A stretch of DNA of 64,000 nt from Chromatiaceae bacterium (GTDB lineage: Bacteria > Pseudomonadota > Gammaproteobacteria > Chromatiales > Chromatiaceae), in the NCBI GenBank assembly GCA_027078745.1, contig JALWWO010000019.1, positions 354,596 to 418,595 of the forward strand, in the 5' to 3' direction. Below are positions 1 to 9,279 of this stretch, one piece after another. Within the stretch, counting starts at the first letter, position 1; the number at the start of each line of letters is the position of its first letter. Both the position numbers and the translations under genes were made by a program. Under the pieces are notes generated by a model, which was not told where the DNA came from, ran no database searches, and saw only the letters and a program-made list of their open reading frames with translations.

Positions 1-1
1 C

Positions 2-610
2 GCAGAATCGCTGGCGGTGCCAAGCCGAGCTTCCAGCCCTATGGCCGTCTCAGGCAAACGGGAAACCCCGACCGGGCAGAAAGCCTTTGAAGCAATGCGC
101 CGCACCTTGGCAACCAAGCCCAAGCCGGCAGAAGAAAAACAAGCGGTTTCCGAAGAAAAGAGTCCGAAGCCGGAGGAAGGGGAAGGTACCCCAATGGGTT
201 CATCCAGGAACCTGGCGGACTTAAACGCTGAGCAATGGCATGAATTTGTAACCCGATGGGAAACCAACGGCTTTACCAAAGCATTGGCACAACATTGCGT
301 GTTCGATCGCCGGGAAGGAACAGAACTGCATTTCTTTCTGGATCCTGCTGCGGAAAGCTTGTTGACCGACGCCACCAAACGAAGGTTGGAAGAAACACTC
401 TGCAGAATGTTGGGCAGCGAGGTACAATTAAAAATTCGGGTCGCATCCACAACTGAATACAGCCCCGCCCAGCGCATGGCAGAACAAAGGGAACAGAAAC
501 AGCGCGTGGCGGAAGCGATCTTGGCTCGGGACGCTGGTGCACAGGCGATGCGAGAAACCTTTGATGCGCACTGGCTGCCAAACACGGCTGTTCTAGACGA
601 GGAATCCTAG
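2..610 (+). CDS. dnaX: DNA polymerase III subunit tau/gamma, C-terminal part (partial; continues upstream of the window)
   Basis: The ORF runs off the 5' edge of the window. The C-terminal sequence looks like tau domain V. It is immediately followed by ybaB, which matches the conserved dnaX-ybaB order. Confidence 0.7.
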   Translation, partial: AESLAVPSRASSPMAVSGKRETPTGQKAFEAMRRTLATKPKPAEEKQAVSEEKSPKPEEGEGTPMGSSRNLADLNAEQWHEFVTRWETNGFTKALAQHCVFDRREGTELHFFLDPAAESLLTDATKRRLEETLCRMLGSEVQLKIRVASTTEYSPAQRMAEQREQKQRVAEAILARDAGAQAMRETFDAHWLPNTAVLDEES

Positions 611-622
611 CGAGGTGTTTCA

Positions 623-946
623 GTGAAAGCTGGACTTAGCAATCTCCTACAACAGGCGCAGAAGATGCAGGAAGCGCTGAAACAGGCCCAGGAAAAGCTC
701 GCGCAGGAAGAAATAGTGGGTGAATCAGGCGGTGGCATGGTGCAGATCACCATGAATGGCCGCCATCAGGTGAAGCGAGTGGAAATCGATCCCAGCCTGC
801 TTTCCGAGGAGAAGGAAATGCTGGAAGACCTGGTAGCAGCTGCGATCAACAGCGCCGTGCAGAAGATCGAAGAACGGACGCAGGAAAATATGGCGGGCTT
901 GACAGAAGGTTTGCCCCTGCCCCCTGGATTCAGGCTACCCTTTTAA
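623..946 (+). CDS. ybaB: Nucleoid-associated protein YbaB/EbfC
   Basis: 107 aa. GTG start with a GAGG RBS. The sequence is a typical YbaB family protein (QQAQKMQEALKQAQEKL...GGGMV...), located downstream of dnaX. Confidence 0.9.
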   Translation: MKAGLSNLLQQAQKMQEALKQAQEKLAQEEIVGESGGGMVQITMNGRHQVKRVEIDPSLLSEEKEMLEDLVAAAINSAVQKIEERTQENMAGLTEGLPLPPGFRLPF

Positions 947-961
947 CCACGGTGTATTACC

Positions 962-1306
962 ATGTCAGATACCATCTTCGGTAAGATTGCGCGGGGCGAA
1001 GTGCCTGCGGACCTGGTCTATGAAGACGAGGCCGTCGTCGCTTTCCGGGATCTCAACCCCCAAGCCCCCACCCACATTTTGATCATTCCTCGCAGGCCCA
1101 TCCCCACATTGAACGATCTGGAAGAAGAAGATGCCGCCCTGGTTGGCAAGCTATTTCTTGCCGCCAAACAGATCGCTGCCCAAGAGGGAATCGCCGCGGC
1201 CGGTTATCGCACTGTGATAAACTGCAATGCAGAAGGGGGACAGACTGTGTTCCACCTTCATCTTCATCTCCTCGGCGGGCGCCCTATGGGCTGGCCACCG
1301 GGATAA
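962..1306 (+). CDS. HIT family protein (histidine triad nucleotide-binding)
   Basis: 114 aa ending in the histidine triad motif HLHLHLLGG. Confidence 0.85.
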   Translation: MSDTIFGKIARGEVPADLVYEDEAVVAFRDLNPQAPTHILIIPRRPIPTLNDLEEEDAALVGKLFLAAKQIAAQEGIAAAGYRTVINCNAEGGQTVFHLHLHLLGGRPMGWPPG

Positions 1307-1346
1307 AAAATGGGCAGTTCAAACACAATACCCTATTGCGACAACC

Positions 1347-2063
1347 ATGGCGGTTCCTCCAGAATCGGACAAAAAGGATTTTTTCCCCGCGCTGGAACTG
1401 AAAGCAGCCGCCTTTAGCTTGCCGGTTCTGCGATTGTTGAATCAGGACCTGGCCAGCATTGCGGAACAACTTGATGCAAAGATTCGTCAGGCGCCGGGAT
1501 TCTTCCGACACGCGCCGGTGGTAATCGATGTTTCCAGCCTATCGGAGGAAGATCCAGTGGCCTTCCCCCCCTTGTTGCGCCTCCTGCGGGACCACAATCT
1601 CATTCCCGTGGGTATCCGTGGAGGAACACCCGCACAGAACCGGGCAGCGCAAGGGGTAAAGCTGGCAGTGCTCAACGAATCCATCCAAACAGTGCGGGCG
1701 AACGCGGCCGAGCCCAAGGGAGAGGAATCTCCCGCACCCCGCTTCAAAATCGTGACCCGACCCGTTCGCTCCGGTCAACGGATTTATGCCCCGGGCGGCG
1801 ATCTTTCCGTCATCGCACCGGTCAGCTCTGGTGCGGAGATCATGGCGGACGGCAATATCCATGTCTACGGCCCTTTGCGTGGGCGCGCCTTAGCAGGCAT
1901 GCAGGGAGATCTGAATGCCCGCATCTTCTGTCAGAACCTACAGGCAGATTTGGTTTCTGTCGCAGGGCGCTATCGGGTGAGCGAGAACATTCCCGCAGAA
2001 CTCAAAGGGCATGCGGTCCAGGTCTTCCTAGAGCAGGAATCGATCCGGATCGAGCGTTTGTAG
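1347..2063 (+). CDS. minC: Septum site-determining protein MinC
   Basis: The C-terminal domain is MinC-like (...IVTRPVRSGQRIYAPGGDLSVIAPVSSGAEI...). It precedes minD and minE. The start was chosen at the internal ATG (MAVPP...), so it is uncertain. Confidence 0.8.
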   Translation: MAVPPESDKKDFFPALELKAAAFSLPVLRLLNQDLASIAEQLDAKIRQAPGFFRHAPVVIDVSSLSEEDPVAFPPLLRLLRDHNLIPVGIRGGTPAQNRAAQGVKLAVLNESIQTVRANAAEPKGEESPAPRFKIVTRPVRSGQRIYAPGGDLSVIAPVSSGAEIMADGNIHVYGPLRGRALAGMQGDLNARIFCQNLQADLVSVAGRYRVSENIPAELKGHAVQVFLEQESIRIERL

Positions 2064-2174
2064 AAGGGGTTCCACCAAGCCCATCGATTGGGGTAAACCC
2101 GAATTGCGCCTTCTTCAGGCCGAAATCATGATGAATAATCAGGGCAGGGGGCCCAATCAGAGAAGGAGGCCATT

Positions 2175-2984
2175 TTGGCGAAGATCATCGTAATCACCTC
2201 AGGCAAAGGGGGCGTCGGTAAGACGACGACCGCAGCATCCATATCCATGGGATTGGCTCAGCGGGGACATCGAACGGTCGTCATCGACTTCGACGTGGGC
2301 TTGCGCAATCTCGATCTGATCATGGGTTGCGAACGGCGGGTAGTCTATGATTTTGTCCATGTGATTAACGGCGAAGCCAATCTGAGTCAAGCGTTGATTC
2401 GGGACAAGCGCTGTGATGCCCTATATGTGCTACCCGCCTCCCAGACACGGGACAAGGAAGCTTTGACCAAAGAAGGGGTCGGCAAGGTGCTAGAGACCCT
2501 TTCTCAAACCTATGACTACATTGTCTGCGATTCTCCCGCGGGCATCGAGCATGGTGCGAACATGGCCATGTACTATGCAGACGATGCGATCGTGGTTACC
2601 AATCCAGAGGTTTCCTCGGTGCGGGATTCAGATCGGATGCTGGGCATTCTGGCGAGCAAATCCCGCCGTGCGGAGAACAATGAAGAACCGATTCGGGAAT
2701 ATCTGCTCCTCACCCGTTATGTGCCGGAACGGGTGCAGCGGGGAGAAATGCTCAGCGTGGAGGATGTGCAGGAGATCCTATCCCTAGAACTGCTCGGCGT
2801 GATCCCGGAATCCCAAGCAGTGCTCAATGCCTCCAATTCGGGTATTCCGGTGATTCTGGACGCGGAGAGCGATGCAGGACAGGCCTATAGAGACGTCGTG
2901 GCGCGCTATCTAGGGGAAGATGTGCCCCATCGTTTTCTGGATACCCGAAAGAAGGGTTTCCTCAGCCGGTTGCTGGGAAGCTGA
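2175..2984 (+). CDS. minD: Septum site-determining ATPase MinD
   Basis: 269 aa with a Walker A motif (GKGGVGKTT). Strong MinD-like sequence throughout. Confidence 0.95.
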   Translation: MAKIIVITSGKGGVGKTTTAASISMGLAQRGHRTVVIDFDVGLRNLDLIMGCERRVVYDFVHVINGEANLSQALIRDKRCDALYVLPASQTRDKEALTKEGVGKVLETLSQTYDYIVCDSPAGIEHGANMAMYYADDAIVVTNPEVSSVRDSDRMLGILASKSRRAENNEEPIREYLLLTRYVPERVQRGEMLSVEDVQEILSLELLGVIPESQAVLNASNSGIPVILDAESDAGQAYRDVVARYLGEDVPHRFLDTRKKGFLSRLLGS

Positions 2985-2987
2985 GCC

Positions 2988-3284
2988 ATGGACTTACTCA
3001 AATATTTCCGAGACTCCCAACCGCCTAAGGGCTCTGCACGGGTCGCCAAGGAGCGCTTGCGAATCCTCGTTGAGCGCGATCGATCCGGTCGCAACCAAAA
3101 CCAGCCCTCTTATTTGCCCGACTTGGAGAGGGAGATCTTAGCCGTCATTCAAAAATATGTGGACGTGGATCCTACCGACGTCATTGTCCACTACGAGCAG
3201 GAAGAATCTCAAGAGATCTTGGAGCTCAACATCATCCTTCCGGAGGGTGCTTCCGAGACTGGACAAGTGGGGGGGGTTCCCTAG
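2988..3284 (+). CDS. minE: Cell division topological specificity factor MinE
   Basis: 98 aa. The N-terminus (MDLLKYFR...) and C-terminus are MinE-like, and it lies 3 bp after minD. Confidence 0.9.
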   Translation: MDLLKYFRDSQPPKGSARVAKERLRILVERDRSGRNQNQPSYLPDLEREILAVIQKYVDVDPTDVIVHYEQEESQEILELNIILPEGASETGQVGGVP

Positions 3285-3310
3285 CACAGACCCGCCCCAG
3301 CGGGTCTGTG
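3285..3310. terminator. Putative bidirectional stem-loop terminator between convergent minE and a G/Y-rich protein gene
   Basis: A 10-bp perfect inverted repeat, CACAGACCCG / CGGGTCTGTG, with a 6-nt loop. It sits exactly between two convergent stop codons. The U-tract is weak. Confidence 0.45.
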
Positions 3311-3312
3311 CC

Positions 3313-3666
3313 CTATTCCGGACGCACCGCCGGTCTGGGTGCGGGTGCAGGACCCGCACCACCGTAGGGAGTAGCGGGATAAGGGGTGCCGTAACCATAA
3401 CCTGGGGCGGGTGCGCCGTAGCGAGGGCCACCATACCCCCCATAACCGGGTCCATAAGGCCCATAGTAACCCGCTGGCGGTGGCCCACCGTAATAGCCGC
3501 TGTAGCCAGGCCCACCCCAAGGGCCTTCTTCTCGATAGCGATCTCTTCCGCTTCCCATCCACTTCGAGGGATTCATCATATCGCCGAAATTGAAGGCATT
3601 CGCCCCTTCGGCGAAAAGAAATCCCGCGAGCATCAGGCCTGCTCCTAGCACACGTTGTCTTAGCAT
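3313..3666 (-). CDS. Secreted Gly/Tyr/Pro-rich low-complexity protein (sulfur-globule-protein-like)
   Basis: A GAGGAG RBS lies upstream of the ATG (MLRQRVLGAG...). There is a Sec signal peptide (LMLAGFLFAEGANA-F). The mature part consists of GYGG, PGYG and YYGP repeats. Confidence 0.7.
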   Translation of the reverse strand: MLRQRVLGAGLMLAGFLFAEGANAFNFGDMMNPSKWMGSGRDRYREEGPWGGPGYSGYYGGPPPAGYYGPYGPGYGGYGGPRYGAPAPGYGYGTPYPATPYGGAGPAPAPRPAVRPE

Positions 3667-3735
3667 GAATGAGCTCCTCATCAAGGGTCTGCCAGGTCCG
3701 AGCATACCAGACCTGGCCCCTGAAGGGGGAAAAAC

Positions 3736-4467
3736 TTAGCGGGCTTGACCGCTGATGCCTCGCCCCTCTGGACCGAGCAAATAGAGATACTGGGCCACGG
3801 CGGTTTTAGGGTCCGGCAGCTTGGCCGGATTTTCTCCGGGATAGAGCCGTGCCCGCAGCCTGGTGCGGAGAATGCCGGGATCCAAACTGTTAACACGGAT
3901 CGAGGGATCTCCCTCTGTCTCTTCTGCCAGCGTCTGCATCAAGCCCTCGATCCCAAACTTGGCAGCGCAGAAAGCACCCCAATAGGCCAGCCCCTGCCGT
4001 CCCACCCGATCCGAAGTGAAGATGATGGAAGCATCGGGCGAAGCCCGCAGCAGGGGCAGACAAGCCTGAGTGAGGAGGAAGGGGGCGGTGAGATTGATGC
4101 GCAACACCCGTTCCCATTCCTGTCCATCGTAATCATCGATGCGGCTCAGAAAGGGGGCGAAGGCAGCGCAGTGAACCAAGCCATCCAGACGGCCATAGGA
4201 TTGGGCGATCGCCTGGGCAGCGCTCTGAAAGGTCGCTTCTTCTGCCTGTTCCAAATCCAAGGGTAAGATCGCAGGTTCTTGCGGGCAATGCTCCGCGATC
4301 CGATCGTACAGATCGGCGAGATCTGCTTCCGTGCGGTCTGACAAAATGACCGCAGCCCCTCGTTCGGCGCAGGCTTCCGCCACCGCAGCCCCGATGCCCT
4401 CGGCGGCACCGGTGATCAAAATCGTCCGACCCTGCAACAGATCGGGTCTGGGTTCATAGGATGCCAT
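3736..4467 (-). CDS. SDR family NAD(P)-dependent oxidoreductase
   Basis: 243 aa. A TGAAEGIG Rossmann motif sits near the N-terminus, and the overall pattern is a short-chain dehydrogenase. Confidence 0.8.
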   Translation of the reverse strand: MASYEPRPDLLQGRTILITGAAEGIGAAVAEACAERGAAVILSDRTEADLADLYDRIAEHCPQEPAILPLDLEQAEEATFQSAAQAIAQSYGRLDGLVHCAAFAPFLSRIDDYDGQEWERVLRINLTAPFLLTQACLPLLRASPDASIIFTSDRVGRQGLAYWGAFCAAKFGIEGLMQTLAEETEGDPSIRVNSLDPGILRTRLRARLYPGENPAKLPDPKTAVAQYLYLLGPEGRGISGQAR

Positions 4468-4477
4468 CGATCATTTC

Positions 4478-5290
4478 CTAAGTTCGGCGATGCTCCCGCC
4501 AAGCGAGCCAGAGTTTGCGCAAAGGGGTGAGGCTAATACGCTGTTCCATCACCTGAAAGTCTAGCGCAGTGATCTCCTCGAGGAGTGCCGAGCACAATCT
4601 TTTCTGGATGCGAGCGAACAAGGGCTGATCCCTAAGGGGCACTGCATCCCATTGATCCTCCGCCAGTTTGCCGAGTCTGGGAAGCAGATCGGGCAGGGCG
4701 CTGCGGTGTTCGGGAGAAACCAACTGGGCCGGATGCAAACCCTTCTCCCGCAACCAGTCCAAGGGCACCGGTGAAATGCCACGGCGGGCGAGCAGGCCCG
4801 CATCTCGGATGCGAGCGATCAGGGCGCAACCGGTGCCCAGCGCTTCCGCTGCCCGCAACCCGGTGTTTTCCCCCAATCCCTGACAGCGGTAGCAGAGCAT
4901 GAACAGATTGCCAAGATCCCGAGCACAGTGCTGGCGCAATGCCTGGGAGCTTCGGGGCGGATCGCTCAGCTCCCGTTCTGCTGACTGCACTTTCTCTGCG
5001 AAGGCAACGATGGGAAGTGCACGGATCCGGATGACAGTTTGCAAGGCTTGGGCTAAGGGATGGGTGGGCCGTCTGTCCTCGATTCGCTCCAGTTCTTCCT
5101 GCCACCAGCCCAGCTTGCGCAGGGCGACGCTGGGTTCTCGCACCCGAAGGGGGATCTCCCCGACCTGGGCCCACCAAGCATGAAGGAGGGCCAATTCTTG
5201 CCGCAGCTCGGGGGGAAGAAACCGCAGGCTGTAATAGGTACTGGAACCCAGCGGCGTCGCTGGATTGGGAAAAGTCCATTCATCCCTCAT
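4478..5290 (-). CDS. Squalene/phytoene synthase family protein
   Basis: YSLRFLP and LLHAWWAQV motifs are typical of the trans-isoprenyl diphosphate synthase (squalene/phytoene synthase) family. The start is taken at the internal Met (MRDEWTF...) to avoid a long overlap with gph. Confidence 0.6.
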   Translation of the reverse strand: MRDEWTFPNPATPLGSSTYYSLRFLPPELRQELALLHAWWAQVGEIPLRVREPSVALRKLGWWQEELERIEDRRPTHPLAQALQTVIRIRALPIVAFAEKVQSAERELSDPPRSSQALRQHCARDLGNLFMLCYRCQGLGENTGLRAAEALGTGCALIARIRDAGLLARRGISPVPLDWLREKGLHPAQLVSPEHRSALPDLLPRLGKLAEDQWDAVPLRDQPLFARIQKRLCSALLEEITALDFQVMEQRISLTPLRKLWLAWREHRRT

Positions 5291-5945
5291 GGAGCCAATC
5301 CAACAGGGCCTGAGGATGGGAGATCTCTCCATCCGCGCCCCAGGTGCGGGGATCTTCTCCCGGCCCGATATAGCCGAAGCGGGCGATGAGGGTTCGGGTG
5401 CCCGCCGCCCGACCGGCGGCGATGTCCCGCTCCGCATCCCCCACCAGCCAGCATTGCCGGGGCGCGAGGCCCAGTCGGGCGCAGGCCTGAAGGACGGGTT
5501 CGGGATGGGGCTTGCGGTGGGGGGTCGTGTCCCCGCTGATCACGCAACCGGCTCGCCCTTCCAGCCCTAACCCACTGATCAAAGGTTCCGTGAGCCGAGC
5601 CGGTTTGTTGGTGACGACGCCCCAGGGAATGCCCCGAACCTCCAGGGCATCCAGCACTTCTGGAATGCCCGGAAAGAGCCGCGTTTTCCGCAGAATCCTT
5701 TCCGCATAGCAGGCGATGAAGGCCTGGCGGTAGGTTTCATATGCTGCATCTCGGGGTTCCAACCTGAAGCCCAAGCGGATCATGCCTTGGCTGCCGTCCG
5801 ACGCCTGGGGGCGAATGCGATGGAAGGGCAGGGGCGCGCGTCCGTGCTGGATCAAGAGCTGGTTGAGGGCATCGCCGAGATCCGGCGCGGTATCCGCTAG
5901 GGTGCCGTCGAGATCGAACAGCACGCCGAGCGCAGCATTAGACAT
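5280..5945 (-). CDS. gph: HAD-family phosphoglycolate phosphatase
   Basis: The N-terminus carries the DxDGTL HAD motif ([11 protein letters not shown]). The gene is adjacent to ubiG, a conserved ubiG-gph arrangement. Confidence 0.8.
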   Translation of the reverse strand: MSNAALGVLFDLDGTLADTAPDLGDALNQLLIQHGRAPLPFHRIRPQASDGSQGMIRLGFRLEPRDAAYETYRQAFIACYAERILRKTRLFPGIPEVLDALEVRGIPWGVVTNKPARLTEPLISGLGLEGRAGCVISGDTTPHRKPHPEPVLQACARLGLAPRQCWLVGDAERDIAAGRAAGTRTLIARFGYIGPGEDPRTWGADGEISHPQALLDWLHEG

Positions 5946-6645
5946 CAGGTCGACAGGCGGCGAGATAGTTCACGTCCACTTGTCCTTCCACGAGCTCATA
6001 TTGCCGAAGCAAAGGATGATAGGCCAGACCGGTGAGCCGCGTGATTCGCAGACCTGCCGATTGTACCCAGGCATCCAGCTCAGAGGGCCGGATGAATCGA
6101 GCGTAATCATGGGTGCCCCGAGGCAACAGGCCCAGGAGATATTCCGCCCCCAGGATGGCGAAGAGATAGGATTTCGGATTGCGGTTGAGGGTGGAGAAAA
6201 ACACCCAGCCATCGGGGCGCACCAGCCGCCCACAGGCGGCTACCACGGAAGCAGGATCGGGCACATGTTCTAGCATTTCCATGCAGATGACCCGATCGAA
6301 GCTCGCGGGCTGTTCTTCCGCCAGCGCTTCCACGGAAATGCGCCGGTAGTCCACGGAAATGCCGGATTCCAAACTGTGCAGTTCCGCCACTCGCAGGGGC
6401 ATTTCCCCCAGATCGATGCCCAGCACTCGGGCACCTCGGGCCGCCATGCTCTCGGCCAGAATGCCGCCGCCGCAGCCCACATCCACCACCGTCTTTCCCG
6501 CAAGGCCGGCGAGCCGGTCCACATAGTTCAGGCGCAATGGATTGATCTCGTGAAGAGTTTTGAGCTCGCTGTTCGGATCCCACCAACGGGCAGCGAGGGC
6601 TTCGAATTTCTGGATTTCCGCCGGATCGGCGTTCCTGTGCTGCAT
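5938..6645 (-). CDS. ubiG: Bifunctional 3-demethylubiquinol 3-O-methyltransferase / 2-polyprenyl-6-hydroxyphenol methylase
   Basis: 235 aa with a SAM-binding motif ([11 protein letters not shown]) and UbiG-like sequence throughout. Confidence 0.9.
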   Translation of the reverse strand: MQHRNADPAEIQKFEALAARWWDPNSELKTLHEINPLRLNYVDRLAGLAGKTVVDVGCGGGILAESMAARGARVLGIDLGEMPLRVAELHSLESGISVDYRRISVEALAEEQPASFDRVICMEMLEHVPDPASVVAACGRLVRPDGWVFFSTLNRNPKSYLFAILGAEYLLGLLPRGTHDYARFIRPSELDAWVQSAGLRITRLTGLAYHPLLRQYELVEGQVDVNYLAACRPDV

Positions 6646-6654
6646 GGCAGTTCC

Positions 6655-7194
6655 TCAAGGCATGAAGGGCATCATGGCACCCATGGGACGGGCGATCTGG
6701 CCCACGTTCGCGCGCATGCTGGCCACCCCCCCTGTCATGCTGTATACCCGTTGATCGATCACTTGCATCCCCTGGCTCATGGTGTTCATACTCTGGGCGA
6801 TGCGACGCATATTCCCTGCAATCCCGTCCATCTGATTCCGGATCACGGGCATCTTGTCGGCGATCGCATTCATATGGCCGGCGATGGGTGCCATCTGGTC
6901 GATATGTTGTTGGAAGGCGGACATATGTTGGGTGATCACCCCCATATCCTCGTCCACGGCCACCAGATGATCCCGCATGGAAACCATATTGGCCACGATG
7001 CCGTTGAAGTCCTGATAGAGCAGGCGGACATAGTAGACATTGAAAACGGCCACGATGGCCAGCACGATGGAAGTAGCGATGATGACCCCATCTGTGATCC
7101 GAAAGCGGCGATGGCGTTCATCGATGTGAAACTGGGTCTCCCGACCCAATCGGGCCATGACTTCGACGATGGCGCGTCTCGGATCCTCTCTCAT
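6655..7194 (-). CDS. Hypothetical membrane-anchored protein with a methionine heptad-repeat coiled coil (paralog A)
   Basis: 179 aa with one predicted TM helix (VIIATSIVLAIVAVFNVYYV). The C-terminal region has Met at roughly 7-residue (heptad) spacing and ends in MMPFMP. It is tandem with a paralog. Confidence 0.6.
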   Translation of the reverse strand: MREDPRRAIVEVMARLGRETQFHIDERHRRFRITDGVIIATSIVLAIVAVFNVYYVRLLYQDFNGIVANMVSMRDHLVAVDEDMGVITQHMSAFQQHIDQMAPIAGHMNAIADKMPVIRNQMDGIAGNMRRIAQSMNTMSQGMQVIDQRVYSMTGGVASMRANVGQIARPMGAMMPFMP

Positions 7195-7195
7195 C

Positions 7196-7777
7196 TCAGG
7201 GAAAGGGCATCATGCGGTTGATGGCGCGAGCGGGGCGGGACATGTGCTGCATCTCTGCGCTCATGGTCTGCACCTCTCGGTTCATCAGATCGATGTTGAT
7301 GGAAATCTGGCTCACATGATCCCGAACCGCCGCCACGGAATCATCGATCCCCCCCATGTAAGCATGCATCCGCACCATGTCATCCTGGATTGCGGTCATT
7401 TCCTGATCCATGAGGGCGGTTCGAGATCGAATGGATTCTAACAGACGCACTCGCATTTCCATCCTGCTCATATAGTGCTTGATCTGGTTCATCTGGTTGG
7501 ATACAGAGATGAAATGGCTGTTCATCTCGTCCACGGTGGTGGAGATCCGAGTGATTTGGGAAGTGAGGGTGAATAGGAGCACCGAGATGGACACGGCGAT
7601 GGCACCCAGAATCAGAATGCCCGCCTGAATGCTGTAGTTCAGGCGGTCACCCAGCTTATTCTTCAGATCGATCTGGCTGAGGATGATCCCCTCAAAAGAG
7701 CTCAGGGCGCGGAGATATTGTTGATGGAGGATGAGATCCTCATCCGGTCTTCCCGATCTCTGGGATTCTTCCGGCAT
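7196..7777 (-). CDS. Hypothetical membrane-anchored protein with a methionine heptad-repeat coiled coil (paralog B)
   Basis: 193 aa with one TM helix (IQAGILILGAIAVSISVLLFTL). The Met-rich periodic C-terminal region ends in MMPFP. It lies 1 bp from paralog A. Confidence 0.6.
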   Translation of the reverse strand: MPEESQRSGRPDEDLILHQQYLRALSSFEGIILSQIDLKNKLGDRLNYSIQAGILILGAIAVSISVLLFTLTSQITRISTTVDEMNSHFISVSNQMNQIKHYMSRMEMRVRLLESIRSRTALMDQEMTAIQDDMVRMHAYMGGIDDSVAAVRDHVSQISINIDLMNREVQTMSAEMQHMSRPARAINRMMPFP

Positions 7778-7914
7778 CGCTTCATTTTCCTGCTGGATCT
7801 GCGCTTAAGATAGCATGGATGAATGCCGGCATCGCTGGGAAACTTCGAACGGTTTATCTTAATACGATCGGTTTTTCCGGAGAAGAATTGCAGGCCAACT
7901 GTTTCCGCCCCCCC

Positions 7915-9237
7915 TCAATCTCCCTGATAATAGGGGAAGAAGAGCACTAACAACAGGCTGGCGACTAGCAGCGTCGCCAGCATGACCGGTGTGCCCTTCT
8001 TGAGCCAGGTCAAGGGCGTGATCCGATACTCGGGTACCCCTGTGCGCTCCGCTTCGGCGACGCAAACCACATTGGCAGTGGAACCGATGTGGGTGCCGTT
8101 GCCCCCCAGCCCGACCCCCAGGGCTAGCGCCCACCACAGGGGCATCACGTCCACACCCTGGGTTTCCAGATGGGCGATGATGGGAATCATGGTCACCGTG
8201 AAAGGGATGTTATCCAAGGCAGCGCTGAGCAGGGCGGAAACCCAGAGGAAAGCCAGGGCGGTCAGCAAGATTTGGTCAGGGTCCTGGGCGATGCTCGCCA
8301 GTTTCGTGCCCAATAGATCGAGCAGCCCCGCACTCTCCACCCCGCCCACGATGATGAAGAGGGCCGCGAAGAAGGCCAATACAGACCAATCCAACTGCTT
8401 CAACACCGCTTCGGGATCGGGACGAGTCAATGCCAGGGCGAGGGCAACCCCGATCCAAGCCACATAGCCGGGAAACAGTTCGAACCGATGGTGGACGAAG
8501 AACAGCAGGATGACGACCCCGATGGCAAAGGAAATCCGGCGCAGGGCTTTGGGGTCCTTCAGGGCCTTGCTCTCATCCAGATCGAGCACGCCGGAAAAGG
8601 GTTGGGCCAGCGCTTTCCGGAACAGGAACAACAGCAAAGCTAGGGTGGTGAGCCAGGCTGAAAGGATGATGGGACCCATGTGGAACAGGAATTGGTTGAA
8701 ATCGATCTGGGCGGCGCTGCCGATCATCACATTGGGCGGATCCCCCACCAGGGTCGCCACCCCGCCTGTATCCGAAAGCAGGGCTTCTGCCATGAGGTAA
8801 GGCACGGGTGTAGTGCCCAGCATCCGCGCGATGACCACCGTCAGGGGGGCGAAAACGAGCACAGTGGTCACATTGTCCAAGAACAGGCTGATGAGCGTGA
8901 CCACCGTGGACAGATAGATCAAAAGTCGGGTGGGACTTCCTCGAGAGAGCTTCGCCATGCGGATGGCCAGATATTCGAAGCCGCCGGTGGGCCGGAGCAG
9001 GCTGACCAAGATCATCATGCCCATGAGCAAGAACATGGTGTTGGCGTCGATGGCAGCGATGGCCGCTTCTTGGGTATAGAAATCGCCCACCAACCCCACC
9101 AAAATCATGGCGACTGCACCGATGATGCCGGCGAGGGTGCGATGGATGACTTCGGTGAAGATCAACACATAGGCAGCGATGAGGATGAAACTCGCCATCC
9201 CCATGGCGGGGGTGAAGCTGGAGGAAATCGGGTCCAT
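7915..9237 (-). CDS. ArsB/NhaD/CitMHS-family ion transporter (anion permease superfamily)
   Basis: 440 aa polytopic membrane protein. It has the two-repeat architecture and motifs typical of the ArsB/NhaD permease family. Confidence 0.75.
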   Translation of the reverse strand: MDPISSSFTPAMGMASFILIAAYVLIFTEVIHRTLAGIIGAVAMILVGLVGDFYTQEAAIAAIDANTMFLLMGMMILVSLLRPTGGFEYLAIRMAKLSRGSPTRLLIYLSTVVTLISLFLDNVTTVLVFAPLTVVIARMLGTTPVPYLMAEALLSDTGGVATLVGDPPNVMIGSAAQIDFNQFLFHMGPIILSAWLTTLALLLFLFRKALAQPFSGVLDLDESKALKDPKALRRISFAIGVVILLFFVHHRFELFPGYVAWIGVALALALTRPDPEAVLKQLDWSVLAFFAALFIIVGGVESAGLLDLLGTKLASIAQDPDQILLTALAFLWVSALLSAALDNIPFTVTMIPIIAHLETQGVDVMPLWWALALGVGLGGNGTHIGSTANVVCVAEAERTGVPEYRITPLTWLKKGTPVMLATLLVASLLLVLFFPYYQGD

Positions 9238-9279
9238 CGGATAGATTCCTGTAGCAGTTTGTGGAAAACCGGTTCGCGC

